64,000 nt of DNA from Eledone cirrhosa (Eukaryota). The notes below the pieces were generated by a model. The model had not been told where the DNA came from. It searched no databases and saw only the letters and a list, made by a program, of their open reading frames with translations. Each line of letters starts with the position of its first letter. Position 1 is the stretch's first letter. The stretch is taken from the NCBI GenBank assembly GCA_964016885.1, contig OZ024741.1, positions 362,452,001-362,516,000 on the forward strand, written 5' to 3'. Shown here piece by piece: positions 1 through 47,340 of the stretch. The position numbers and the translations under genes are program-made.

Positions 1-691
1 CACCCGTGACACCTTGGGCGCCTACCTTCGACAGTCACGAGTAGATGGTTGCCGTCGTCCAGGTTAATCACGTCGGAGATGGCCTCCATGCTCTCATGGT
101 TTGATTGGATGATTAGCCCCATCCCCGAGCCTGACTCGTTTTCCTGTCTTATACTTATAACGTCTAGGATTGTTGTTGACTCTTCGACGTCAGCGAGGAC
201 GGCAGCCATCAGCCAAGTGATCTCCACTGAGGTGGAACCTCGCAACTCTCTGACCCCAGTATGTGGGAACCATCACTATTTCGTCACTGCAGAGTGGCGT
301 AATCGGGTGTGCTCTGGCTTCTTCGGGTGTAGCGAAGAGAACATCCATAGTGCCATATTTTGATTCTTGGGCTATGTAGGTTTTCTGTGCCGTCTGGACA
401 CAGAAAAACCTACTCGGTGCGATTTGAGTTCAAGTGTACGATAAGAGACTATACACAGAAGTCGGTTTTTCCTGACGTCAGGTGGGTGAGGCTGACCCTG
501 TGTCCGGTTTTCTTGACCAACACCTTGACCTGCCTCAACTCCATGTCAACATTTTTGGCAGCCTTCGCGAATGATGTAGCTTGAGAGGTTCCTGCCTGTT
601 GTGTTGCTGCCTCGACGTTTGAGTCGCTGTCGCACGACATCAAATTCAAAGTTGGGGTGTGTGGCTCCGCCATGTTATTTCCTCGATACAT
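1..691 (-). mobile_element. L1/Tx1-like LINE ORF1 (gag-like) fragment, second copy, runs off the window edge
   Basis: Minus-strand translation TSFAKAAKNVD...HRVSL and MEAISDVINLDDGNHLLVTVEGRRPRC is homologous to the ORF1 at 2284-3567; contains stops. Confidence 0.65.
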
Positions 692-759
692 TTTTTTTTA
701 ACACCCAAAGTTTAAATATTTGGGCCCAAAAGCCCAAATGTTATGGGGAGTTATTTCTT

Positions 760-3660
760 GGGGTAAAAGACTAAAGTCTTATGCCCCTTTGAAACAAAAA
801 TATTAATAACACTATTCTAATTGCCCTTTGCAGGGTAAACCACCACCTGTTGACGATCGCACCCGTCAATGCATGCTTAACTAATTCGCTAATTCGGTTT
901 CTGTAAGCTTTGCGCACCGGGAACGACGCGTTTAGCTACCAGTAACAGGGCCCTTGCCAATGGAGTCTATCTAAGTCGACTTCACAGATCACAAATATGT
1001 GGTCCGTGTAGTCGACTACTTTAAATTGTGGACAACTTACACTAGCCTTATCTGTTTCCCTACAGAATACCCTGTTTAAATACGATCTGGATGACCCGAT
1101 GTGGTTTGCCCATGTACACATTGGCACATTCGGATAATCTAGTCGATTCTTGTCAGACAGTTCAAAACGTCTGAGCAGGTTGGTGAGGCTCTTACAATCT
1201 CCTCCCCTATCTACTAGCCCCGCATAATCCAGCGTGCATCTAAGATACCGTTCAAGTCGCCCACTAACACGAAATGTCTTTAGACGTCTGAAGAAATCTG
1301 GCCGTCCTACCCCTGTTGGGATTAGACGGCTAGTAGCCTGAAATCATTGCCTTCGTTGCCGGTCACGTCCAGCACCACCGACTTACTTTCTGGGTTCAGG
1401 AAGATGGCCAGTATGGCGAGATCTAAGCCTCTCCAAAAAAGCACAGCAACTCCACCCCCCGCTCCCGGACGGTTGGGAGATGTGTATACATCGTAGCCGC
1501 CAAAGATCGGTACGAAGGCTTGTGTTTAGGAAATTCTAGTCTCGCTGGTGGCCACCATATCTATGTTTAGTTACCTGTGGTCGTTAAGCATGCGGTCCTG
1601 CTTCCAAGATGACCCCTGGCCACGTACATTTACACTGCCTATTCCAAGTAAGGCTATGTTGGGTGAGGAATGGAGTATGTGAGAAAGGATCACTTACCTT
1701 GATCGTGTGGGGAAGGGACAGTTGAACTGTCCTTTCGGCTAGTCATTGGCGTCTCCAAGATAATGTCCGTGTATATTCTCTTGGTAAGCGACCCTCTGAA
1801 GCTCCCAACTGCGTTGGGAATTTTTTGTTTTAACTGCTTATTATGTTCCAGTTTGATCTCGACAATGTTTATATTTGTTGGTAATGTTCTTGGTGTTGGT
1901 GGGGTGTAGTAATTTTTGTCTGTAATGTCTGTGTGCTGCTTTATATGTTCCATAAATTCTTTATTTGTAATATTTGTGGCTGTGTAATTTTCTTTTTTTG
2001 GAGGAAGGGGGGTTGCTGTTTTCTTGTTGCTGCTGTTGGGGGGAAGAGCTTTAGTTGTGTTTGCGTTGTTGGTGTTTGTGGTGATGCTGGTGGTGGTGTG
2101 GTTGTTGTTGGTGGTGATGCTTGTGGTGGTGATGGTCATGGTCGTGGTGTTGCTGCAAGTCTCCTCGTAGTCTTTACCCCTCTTTGTTTGTCCTCGCTTT
2201 TAGAGAGTGAAGCTAAGGGGTTTTTCCTTTTTTTTGTGGCAGACCTTTTGCCACTCTACTCCCGCCTCACACTCCATGTTGGATTATGTGGCGTCTGGGA
2301 GCGGTATGAGCTCCACGGCTATTGGTGATGGTAGTGGAGCCCGCGCCGGCGATTTTGTCGCTGATGTAGCTACTGTGACTGTTTGTGTTGCCGTCACTGC
2401 TGCCGCTGTTTTAGTTGTCTGTGGCCTTGGTATGGGTACCACGGACGTTGCCCTCCTACTCACCGTGGAAGGGCCTGACGCTTCTGTTTCCTGCCCTGCT
2501 TCTGGTAGCAGCAGACTAGGTGTCGGAAGGAGGGAGGGGGGCTTTTCCTTTGCTGACTTCTGCGGGCAAAAGGCCCTGAGGTGATCCTTCGACCCACAGA
2601 GATAGCATTTGGGCGCCTTCCTTCCACGCTTATGGGGAGTTGAACTCCTTCTTCGAGGTCTATGCCGTCCGAGATAGCCTCGATACACTCCTGGTCAGTT
2701 TGGATTGGCATTTGCATTCCAATACCTGACCAGTTCTCCCTCCCTACACTCTGCACTTGCAGCGTGGTCGTCCTGTCCTTGACTCCGGCGAGGACAGCCA
2801 AGGTATGGGCATGTCGGGCGGGACCTGGTTCACTTTGAGCCTCACAATATTCTGCCCGCAGTAGGAAGGCACCAACACTATCTCCTCACTCTTTAGGGTT
2901 ACCAAAGAGTGAGACTTCGCCTCTTGGGGGGTCGGGGTGGGGAGCAAAAAGTACGTCTATGGTGGCATATTTTTTGCCTCGGGTAATGTGGATTTAGCGT
3001 GCTCATACGCACCCCAAGGCCTTTTGAATTTGACCCACCGTGGCTCTCTCCACCCAATGTGATTTTTTGCTTATAGTGCGGTAAATCACCGTACGTAGCT
3101 GTTGGTCTTTGAAACAAATTGGGTGGAGGTTTCAAGGAGACTCTATTTGCTTTCCTAGTCACAATGGCCGTTGCGACCGCCATCTCCTCCTCCGTGACTA
3201 TCACTGTCTCTACATTCCGAGCCAGCCCTGCAAAAGAAATGGTCCCTTTTTCAGCGGCACCATTATTTCTGCTGCTACTGCTGCTACTGGTCTTGTTGTT
3301 GGTGCTGTTGCTGCTGCTACTGCTACTATTGGTGTTGCTGGTGTTGCTGCTGCTACTGCTACTATTGGTGTTGCTGGTGTTGCTGCTTCTGCTGCTGGTT
3401 TTGCTGTTGGCGCTGTTGCTACTGTTGCTACTGCTACTGCTGTTACCGTTGTCCCTGCTGTTGCTGCTGCTGCTGCTCCTGCTGCTGTTATTGTTTTCAG
3501 AATTGTTTTCGAACTGGCAAAGCTGCTCGGTAACACTGTCATGCCAGGGATTTCTGGAATAATCCATGGGCCCTGGACCGAAAGTCCTTCCGAAAAGAGT
3601 GGCTAGTTGATTTTCGTCGATGTCTAGAGTTTCTCTAAGAACGTCTGATCATAGCGAGAA
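760..3660 (-). mobile_element. Degraded L1/Tx1-like LINE: ORF1 with CCHC knuckle plus APE endonuclease, no RT seen
   Basis: Frameshifted ORF1 (2284-3567) with CYLCGSKDHLRAFC; APE motifs GSVNVRG, ATSETR, GGGVAVL, TDHIFV and GPCYW*LN at about 925-1660. Confidence 0.75.
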
Positions 3661-4791
3661 CAGGCGCAAAGAGGAAGAGACGAAGGGAAACGGAAATGAG
3701 AGGAGGAGGTAGTAAAAGGGTAGAGAGATGGGGGAGAAAGGAAATAGATGGTAAGAAAGAGAATAAGTGAGTGGGAGAGAGAAAGGGGGGAGAAAGAGAG
3801 AGAAAGGAAGAAGGAAAAGAGTTAATTCAAATTATCTGAACTTAAGTTCAAAACTCACTCAACAACAAGCGTCTCTTCCTCTTTGCGCCTGTTCTCACTA
3901 TGATCAGACGTTTTTTTTCTTCGCTCTCCCTCGTGCTGTTAGTACGGGTTCAGGACTTACGTTCGGCCTCCGCATTAACTTCTCCCTCTCTTCCCCTGGT
4001 TATGGCAACTTACATGTACTACTGTCTCATGTTTCCTCTTTTCTATCGGTATATCTTTCTTTTTTTGTTTTCTTTTTTGTCGCTCTCTTCGCTATTGTCT
4101 GTGCTTTTTTGTCGTTTTCCCCCGGATAACTATCGCTCTTAGTTATCGACGCACTGTGATGAGATGTACTGTCTTTAATGCGTTCGAAACATCAGTGATC
4201 CACAGAAGACAGCCGACGAGCGGGAATTGTCCTTGTGTTTATGTTTGTGTTTCTCTTATGTTTTCTAAATAATATTTATTAGTAACTTCACAGCGCCTTT
4301 GTGACATTTTAATTTATATATATATAGAAGTAACCGCTCCACGTACACAGAGACAGATAGAACAATTTTATCAATTGGACATTATCAGTTATATCTTTTG
4401 CGAAGTGAAGTAAATCTATTTATTGAACAAGAATCTTTGTACCTGCAGTGTTTATCTACACTTCTTCAATATATGAAAGTTCTATTATGCAACCACGGAC
4501 TGATTAAACAAATTTGCGTATCTGTTAGGACAGAGCTGACCTAGAACTATGAATGGCTTTGGTGTAAAGCGATAAAGTATAAATGAGATATGCAACGTAT
4601 TTTATTGAAGTCATTGAATAACACTAACGTCCACTGTTTATTTAACCTCAATCAAATATTCATATTATCTGCATTGAACAATGTAATGCATTTAAACAAC
4701 ATTCATATATAAAAAGACGTAATTTCTAGAAAAAGAATATTCAGCTTTAAAATCGAATGCAGTAATAACATACGTAGGATTATATTTCAAT

Positions 4792-37614
<32,823 letters not shown>

Positions 37615-38713
37615 GCTACATGTATCTTATCTGTTTGAGGGTATCACTTTAAAATACTCGAAATATACTACGAAGTACATAGGTAAAATTCCTCTACAGA
37701 ATACTAACGCTTATACGATAATATTTCTCCAAAGTACATAATTCTAACCTCAGTGATAATATCTCACTGAGATATATAGTAATATCTGTGTGATAAATCT
37801 ACATATATTCATAGTAAATTTAGATTATAGAAATAAACAAATCGGTTAGAAATATTACATTCATTATATCTACTTCTATCAATAAAGCTCAACAGTTTCC
37901 TGTAATATTACTTATTAATTATAAACTGTAAATCAAGCTCTATCTGCATCATTTCCTTGAGCTTCTGTTTTTTTATCAACCTAATTTCTGTACACTTATT
38001 TGATATTCATATAATTCATCGAATATAAAGTTTTGAATAAATAATGGTTTCTCATGTAGGCACAAGGCCAGCAATTTTCAGGGGGAGGGGAAAGTCGATT
38101 AAATCAACTCCAGTGCATGACTAGTACTTTATTTTATCGACCCCGTAAGGATGAAAGGCAAAGTTAACTTCGGCGGGGTTAGAACTCAGATCATAAAGGG
38201 CCATAACTCTATGCTGCAAAGCGTGGTGTCCGATCCTCTACCGATACTGCCAATCCACCGCCCTCATTATTATTTATTCAGTTTTGTATAAATAATAATA
38301 ATTCTTTCTCACATTGACACAAAGTCGATGATTTAGGAGAAGGGGAGAGCCGATTATATCGATCACAGTACTTAACTGGTACTTTATTTTATCGATCCCA
38401 GAAAGATGCAAGGCAAAGTGGACTTAGGCAGGATTTGAACTCAAAATGTAGAAAATAGTATCTAAATAGGACAAAGCAGACTCTCTACTAATACTGTCTT
38501 TCTACCACCCGAATTAGTAATAACTTAGGCACAAGGGCAACAAATTTGGGGGAGTGAAAAGTGATTACATCGACCCAGTATATAACTGGTACACTATTTT
38601 ATCGATCACCGGAATGATGAAAGACAAAGTTGCTGTTGATGTGATTTGTTTTGTTTGTACTGTTCGTAATGTATACACTAACTGTTTTTTATACAGGTAT
38701 TCATATTTTAATA

Positions 38714-38752
<39 letters not shown>

Positions 38753-41211
38753 ATTTTATCACTCCCTATATATATATAGTTGAGCTCTCTTTCTTGTCCA
38801 TTATCCATATTACAATGGAAAAACAATAGTTGGGAACTTCTTTAAAGAATATACCGATACCTTCTCAGGATGATTTTTTACTTCGTATGATACAAAAAAC
38901 CAACCAATTCATCAAAAGGGTCAGATGGAGGGCCTACCACTTTGATAGAAAAACAAAACGTAATGATAAGAAATATTTATATGATTTCACCACATATAAG
39001 AACCCACCACACAACTCCTTGCTTGAAATCTTCGAGAAAGACATATTTAACTTAATCAAACACCTCAGATTTAAGGAATACATATCTAACTTTCAAAAGG
39101 ATCTTGATTCTACCCTATTGGATCTAAAAAAATCTAGCAAAGTCCACGTCCACTCAGACAAAACTGGAAATCTATACCACATGGATATTGATAATTACAA
39201 TGAGTTCATTTATAAAGAACTCAGGAAAAATTATTAAAAAAACAAATAATGCGGCTCTTACCAATATCAACAACAAAACATACAACATAATAAATAAACT
39301 CAATATTGAAGACAGAACTGAACCTTTGGCACTGAAAAACCCACACTTTAACCTGAAAGATCACAAATCTAACTTTAACTCTAATCCTTCTATAAGACTT
39401 ATATGCCCTTCCAAGTCAGATATTGGCATCATTAGTAAAAGATTTTTAGATAGAATCATCCCACAATTAAGAAAACACGTTAACTTACCACTCTGGGAAA
39501 ACACATCCCAAGTAATTAACTGGTTTACTAATATTAGAAATAAATCATCTGCTTCATTTCTACAATTTGATATAGATGCTTATTATTCCTCTATATCACC
39601 CATACTCCTGAACAAAGCCTTGATATTTGCCAAAAATAGATCAATCATAACTATGGATGACATTAATATTATCACGCACGCTAGACAAACACTACTGGAG
39701 TTTCAGAAGGAACACTGGACCAGAAATACATATAGTAATCACTTCGACATTACTATGGGCTCTAGTGATTCCGCCCAAATTACCGATCTTGTGGGCCTCT
39801 TTCTTCTATTTAACATTAATTCATCTTTTCCCCACCTTAAAGATGGTTTATATCGTGATGACTGTCTTCTTCTTTCCACTAATCTTATCCTATCAGAAAT
39901 TGAAAAAAAATAAAAAAACTTATTAGAACTTTCCTCAAAGACTATTACAATCTCACTATTACATTTGAAAATACCAGTAAAATAGTCAATTTCCTAGATA
40001 TAACTTTAGACCTATCTACGGGTATCTACCAACCTTACCATAAACCTAACCAAAACTTACATTACATACACTCACAATCCAATCACCCTAGATATATCCT
40101 TAACAAATGTTCCTACTCCACTACCAAAAATATACAACAAAATATAAGTGCGTACAACGCATATAAATGTTAAAAAACACACAAATATACCACAAACACA
40201 TCAAACCAACCATAATACTAAAATAAACCGCAACAAACCACCATCTCTTTCACCTATAACAAGTCGAGTAAATTCCACACCAAATTTGACTAACTCCCCT
40301 GATATAATATTCACGAATGGTTGTAACTGTAGAATCAAAAGAAATTGCCCATTAAAGGGAAATTGTCTTATTAATAACAGTCTATAAATGTAAAATTAGC
40401 ACTAAGGACTCCACTTATTCATATTGGAGCTACGTCTAACCAATTTAAAGTAAGATTTAATACCCACAAACATAGTTTTTAAAATGCCGCATTAGCTAAT
40501 ACAACATCCTTGGCTGAAACAATTAATAATCATAGAAAGAAGAATATCGATTACAACCTGACTTGGAGTGTGCTCAAAAGGGCCACCCCTTATAAAAATA
40601 ACAGATACGAGTGTAGGTTATGCTCCCAGGAACTTTTTGAAATCATGAAATCTAAGGAAATCCTATTAAATAAGCGACAGGAATTAATTATATCTTGCAA
40701 TCATAGAATTAGAAGAACCTTCAAATATTATAAACCTAATTAATATACACCTTACACTTATATTTTACATATTATTATAATTAGTGTTTTTAATTTAGTT
40801 AACCTTTAATTAGTACTTTACTACAGAGAACTTCATAATTTTATTTCCCTCTTACAGCTCTCTTTTTCTAAAATTAATACCTAAAAGTATACCTATAAAT
40901 TCATTTAATTTCCTGTTATGAATCTAGATTCCTTGTAGTTTATATAAGATTGGTATTTCTCACTACTACCCTTATCCCAAAATTTTACTTTCCTTCGTTT
41001 TTAACAACACTCTTTAATAACATCTAATTCTTATTTATCACATTCATATGAATTAATATTAATTTATCCCTATAAGTATACCTATCAATTAATTTAATTT
41101 CTTGTTATAGATCTAGATTCCTTGTAGTTTAAATAAGATTGGTATTTCTCACTAATACCCTTACCCTAAAATTTTATTTTCCTTCGTTTTTAACATTATT
41201 CTTTAATAACA

Positions 41212-41406
41212 CCGCTTAAGGGCGGTGAATTGGCAGTATCGGTAGAGGGTCGGACGCCATGCTTTGACGTATAGAGTTACGGCCCTTGCCATTCTGAGTT
41301 CAAATCCCGCCGAGGTTAACTTTGCCTTTCATCCTTATGGGGTCGATAAAATAAAGTACCAGTAATCTACTGGGTAATTGCTGGCCTTGTGCCAAAAGTA
41401 GAAACA
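41212..41406 (+). mobile_element. SINE copy inserted in a PLE 3' UTR with a 17-bp target-site duplication
   Basis: attattctttaataaca at 41195-41211 and 41407-41423. Confidence 0.85.
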
Positions 41407-41646
41407 ATTATTCTTTAATAACATCAAATTTTCGTGTACCCTGCACTGGCTTGACCTCTTTTCATCCCCAAAGTATTCTTTTCATTCAAAACATAAGTCT
41501 GCACTCTTCTACCCCTAAATTAAATTTCTACTACCACTATTCTATCAACTTGACCTCTAACTACTTTTCTATTGGTCAATTCAAAACCTGTTCCCAAACA
41601 GACCTTTTATATTAAATCTTTGTTGGGTTTTTTCAATAAACAAATC

Positions 41647-41782
41647 TCATCATTTCTGAAGACAGCATGTATATGTGAAGGTATGTATATTTGCTCTGAT
41701 AATTTGTAATATTTTTACATAGATCTATATGATATACATACTAACACACATATACATCCTAGAAACGATCGTAAAATGATGA
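41647..41782 (+). ncRNA. Type I hammerhead ribozyme with a very long stem II
   Basis: tcatcattt CTGAAGA cagc-atgtatatgtg...gtatgtatat...atatacatac...cacatatacat-ccta GAAAC GATC GTA|aaatgatga. Confidence 0.8.
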
Positions 41783-42075
41783 TTTTTTTAATATACGGAA
41801 CTTGTTCTTTGTTTTTATTTCATTGTTTTTATTAATTTATCTTGACTCTGTTTTCCTATGATTTTTATCGAAAAATTTTGAATGCATCTTCTCTTTACAT
41901 GATATTTGGATTACATTGAGTTCTTCATACGGATTTGACAGTACCGTATATTTTGGTAGATTTATCTACATATATATATATATATATATGGGGGGGGGGG
42001 GTTGTGTGTATTTCTATATCGCTAGATATACAAATACACATACTTTATTTATACAGCTATGTTGGAGCGAACACC

Positions 42076-42135
<60 letters not shown>

Positions 42136-42162
42136 AAAGAATAGAGGTGTAACACACAAGTT

Positions 42163-43219
<1,057 letters not shown>

Positions 43220-43241
<22 letters not shown>

Positions 43242-43760
43242 TTATGCCAAAATCTCATTTAAGGGGAGTATAACTCACACCGAATAGGTTTCTGGAACAA
43301 AGAAACAATACTGGTTATTTTAATTTATTGGAACAATTGATACAACGTATCACCAAGAGAGTTAGAAAGAGAAAAACAACATGGTTCAACCCTCCCTACA
43401 TTTAGAGATACCGACGAATATAGCTAAGAACTCTGTCCTTAATCCAGAAACATTTCCTGTATACCCAAAATAACTCAACCAACAAAAGTTAGTTATTCAT
43501 GTTTAGATAGAATTGCTTGAAACATCACTTGTTATAACAGAAAAAAGCACTCACCCACAGAAGCCCCAATACACTCATCAATCTGTAATTGCCGAAATCC
43601 TGGTAACCGTCTTCTAGGTGGATCCTACCTATCTAAGACTGTAGTCTGCAAAGCCACCTTCACATCACCAGACAATTTCCCGAGGAATTATATGACCTGA
43701 CAACCAATGAGGTTACGGGTAAATTTACTCAGCACGTATAATTATTTAGGGTCAGGTACA
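43220..43760 (+). mobile_element. Highly decayed Naiad-type PLE fragment
   Basis: RKRKTTWFNPPY and CNCRNPGNRLLGG..LSKTVV remnants. Confidence 0.6.
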
Positions 43761-44034
43761 GAGAGAAATCAGCCGCCTTGTAAAGAAGAAAAGAAGAAAA
43801 AAACTTTTTTCTTCTTTATTTGAACATGACAAGCCGTCCATTGATCGCGCGTATACAGGAAACTGACTGGCCAGTCTGCTGATATGCAAATCTGGCTGAT
43901 CAGTGGATCTGCTAATATGCAGATCTGACGGACCAGCCAGTCTGCTAATATGCAAATCAGACCGATCAGTCACTGTATATTTTAGAAAATATCATATATT
44001 TTCACTAGCTCTGACAGTAGGCAGGTGAACAGTG

Positions 44035-44082
44035 AACTGTACTGATGAAGGGTAATACCCAGAAAAATTAGTGTCTGCAGTT
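44035..44082 (+). ncRNA. Hammerhead ribozyme copy, probably impaired (GAAAA in place of GAAAC)
   Basis: Homologue of 13339-13387 within repeat 43984-44214. Confidence 0.6.
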
Positions 44083-45269
44083 CTGTTTGCATGCCAACAC
44101 AAGAGCAAGAATGAGGGGCTCATTCTACTGACATGACTTTAAAAATGAGGCTTGTTTGCATAATTGCAAACTAATCGAATATTATTATTAATATTCCAAA
44201 AACTCAGATTACATTTATTATTTTTTCCTAAAATAAGTCTCGAAAATCTACCATGAGTCCCAAAGGACTATGGTTGCATTTCTCATAGACATATCGTAAC
44301 CCCCGAGGAAAATTATCTATGCTACACAGTAATCTAAACTCCTGTATATGACCTCTCAATGAAGTGAATTAATTATTGTTAGTTAAAGCAGTAAATAAAC
44401 AAAGTATCATTAAAAAATTAAGTAACAAGACCCGAACTCCCGGGACCTTATTTGCTGACTCCAGTTCCCGGGACACGTCAGGTTCTGCCGTCTTGCGGAG
44501 AACCTCACTGATGAAAGTACGGCTGGGGCAGTTTGAGGAGAGATAGGCCGGCAGTGCCAGGTCAGAAGTGGATCGGAGGCCTAGTCCACCGAATTAGATT
44601 TGGATGAGAAATGGGTATTTAATCAATTTACAAGTTTGTTTTATTGCTAATTCGGATTTATTTCTTACGATTATTCTGGACTGAAGAAAATATACGAAAC
44701 GTCCGGTGATCCTAATGACACATCAAAAGTTACTTTTTAAAAAGATTTGACCAATGGAGTGTTTATGATACCTTTTTAAGAACCGAATTCAGTCATGTGA
44801 CCAGAATTTTCTTCTTGACCAGTTCATACTTGAAGCGAAAAGGAACAACTGGCAAAGTTTGTTTTTGAGATTAAAAAGATTTTCATCCATTTATCCATTC
44901 CAATGATTTAAAATTCAATTTTGAATATTTGAAATTATTTTTTACGTAAAAAAGTAAGCTAGCACTTAATTTTTTGTTAGAATAAAGCTTCGATTCATTT
45001 TTAAAAACTATAATCAAGTAACATTTTTCACGTTTTCAATCACCCACATAATGGCAAAAGAGTCAATTAGCTCGGTTTCCTCTCCACTTTTCCGACCCTT
45101 TGCAAGAAGAAGCTTCCAAAAGAAGAAGAATATTATCATTATCAGAAGAGAGAAACCGAAGCTGGAACTGAAAATCAAAACAAAAGTATTATAAACAGTG
45201 TGAGTGGATGAGAAGTGTCCCCATTCTGAACAAATTGTTCTGTTTCCCATATCTGTTATTTTGTCAACA

Positions 45270-45900
45270 TAAGAACACATGGACAACTACCGGCTACTGC
45301 AATTCGAACAATTTGATTACAGCTTTGACAAGACACAAACATCTCAGAACTTTCTGAATTACGTAATTGTTCAGAAAACCTTTGACCGACAACGAATTAA
45401 TACACTGATCGATCACTGGAAAGTAGCTTCGATTCAGTTGCATAATAGATCAGTCGAGAAAAATCGGGATATATTAAAAAGGTTAATTCATTGAATCGAA
45501 CTTATGGCTTGTCAAGAATCACCATTTCGAGGACATGGTGAAACAGAATAATCAAGGTCATTTTCTGGCTAAATGTGAAACAGTAGCGGAATATGATGAT
45601 TGCATTTAGATTTCTTGAAGAAAAATGCCAACTGCGTATATTCTGGACTTTCAAGTGATATTCTAAACGAGATCATTAATTGTATAACTGCTACAATTGA
45701 AGGTGCTACAATGATCGAAAAAAACTTAATTCGTTACTGTTGTTTGATGAGACTACGGATTTTCGAATGAAATCTCAATTGTCACGCATTTGAGGGGTGG
45801 GGTGCTTCAGAATTAGCACAAGCAAGGGGATTCGTTACAATCCTAGAAGATTTTCAGTTTAAATTTTTATTATTGACTTTTCAAGACATATTGAGTGACT
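45270..45900 (+). mobile_element. hAT-family transposase remnant
   Basis: ACQESPFRGHGE, LSSDILNEIINCI and DETTD motifs, with stops and frameshifts. Confidence 0.65.
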
Positions 45901-47340
45901 CAGAGATTCTCTTCTTTTAAAAGTCAGTAATTGTCTTCTTCGAACACCAGTTGGCAGCTATCATATATTCATGCATACATACGTTTATGTAGTTACATAC
46001 TTAATGCATTTTTATAAATCATGTTCATGTGTCTATAACGTTGATACTTCCTAACCCCCACAGATTCTTTTCAGCATTATAATCTAACAAATTATTTAAG
46101 CTGTAAACATTTGTTGAAATTCTAAAACTTAATATGTCTGCTCCACAAAACTTCTATCGTTGGCACACTACAATTATTACTAATTCATTAACCCACCTTC
46201 TCTACCCCCCCCCCCCCACACACACACACACACCTACCCACCCTGTCTCAACTTCTATTACAAACGTACCTACACCTATGAAGTAGCAATGGAACACGAT
46301 GTTAGCCGTTACCTGGTTATCAGATCTTCTAGAAATAGCAACCAAATCTTTCTCCTAACACACTCTTTCACCTTATCTTGCTGATACTGTACTTAATTCT
46401 CCTCCCCAGAACGGTAATTCTCTAGAAAAAAATTTCCTATCCACAATTTTCCTACCTGAATCAGAGGTTCAAATTCCTAGTCTCATGGCACCATACCATC
46501 TTCAATGGCTAAATAATAAGTTTCTAATTTTGTCACAAGGCCAGCAAATTTGGGGGAAGGAAAAAGCCGATTTAATCGACCCACCACTTGACTGGTACTT
46601 TATATTATCAACCTCAGAGGGATGAAAGGTAAAGTTGATATCGGCAAGATTTGAACTCAAAGCATAGAAAGTCGCAACTAAATATCACAAAGCATGGTGT
46701 CCGACGCTCTAACGATTCTGCCAATTGACCGCTCTCAATGACTAAATAACAATAAAGCAACCCACGTATTTGTGATAGGGAGTGATCTGTAATAAAATAT
46801 TAATGTTTTACTAACAATACCTGCGAAACACCCATTGTTATTTTGAAAACATTTGAATTATTAGCAATTTACAGAGAAATATTAAATAGATATTTTCTTT
46901 TGAAATGTTTGATTCTTAGATGATATAAAGTTCATATAGGCCAGAGGTTCTCAAAGTGGGCGTTTCCGCCCCGTGGGGGGGGGGAGAAGGTCCAGGGAAT
47001 CGCTGGAGCCTAAGGGAGCAGTGGGGGCGGTAGAGATGATATAATAGTATAGTAAATATCAAATTATACATTATATATAAATATAGGAAAATAAAAACTA
47101 TATAATATTCATTTATATATAGTATAGATTACTTATTATATATAAATTAACGATTTTATTTATCTCCTTATAATATATAACCAGCAATTTCTCTGTCTGT
47201 CTGTCCGACGCGTAGAGAGAGAGTGACAGTGAAAGAAAGAGACAGACTACAAGAGGGGGATAGCGGGAGGGAGAGAGAGAGACGCTGGAAGAGGGGAAGG
47301 AAAGCTATGTCTTGCTGTCTGCATTACGATACATATATAT

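Larger units (their letters stand above)
38815..41990 (+). mobile_element. Degraded near-full-length Naiad-type PLE
   Basis: Frameshifted ORF pieces 38830-40743 are homologous to the 22068-24608 protein (SLKNIPIPS, QFDIDAYY, MGSSDSAQ, LYRDD, CNCRIKRNCPL, CRLCSQE); 3' UTR carries a hammerhead. Confidence 0.9.

Noticed and set aside
3109-3606. Poly-Leu and Ala/Val-rich plus-strand ORFs
   Set aside because: Antisense frames of the trinucleotide-rich LINE ORF1 N-terminus.
4154-4205. Hammerhead-like ctgtg-ATGA...GAAAC...ATC-cacag
   Set aside because: The CTG of the core is missing and stem III is poor; at best a decayed relic.
4708-4714. TATA box upstream of the CYP start codon
   Set aside because: TATAAAA is too frequent in this AT-rich DNA to call without transcription-start data.
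44500-44712. CTGATGA at about 44508 and CTGAAGA...GAAACGTC at about 44691
   Set aside because: The first has no matching GAAA half; the second lacks stem II and proper stem I register.
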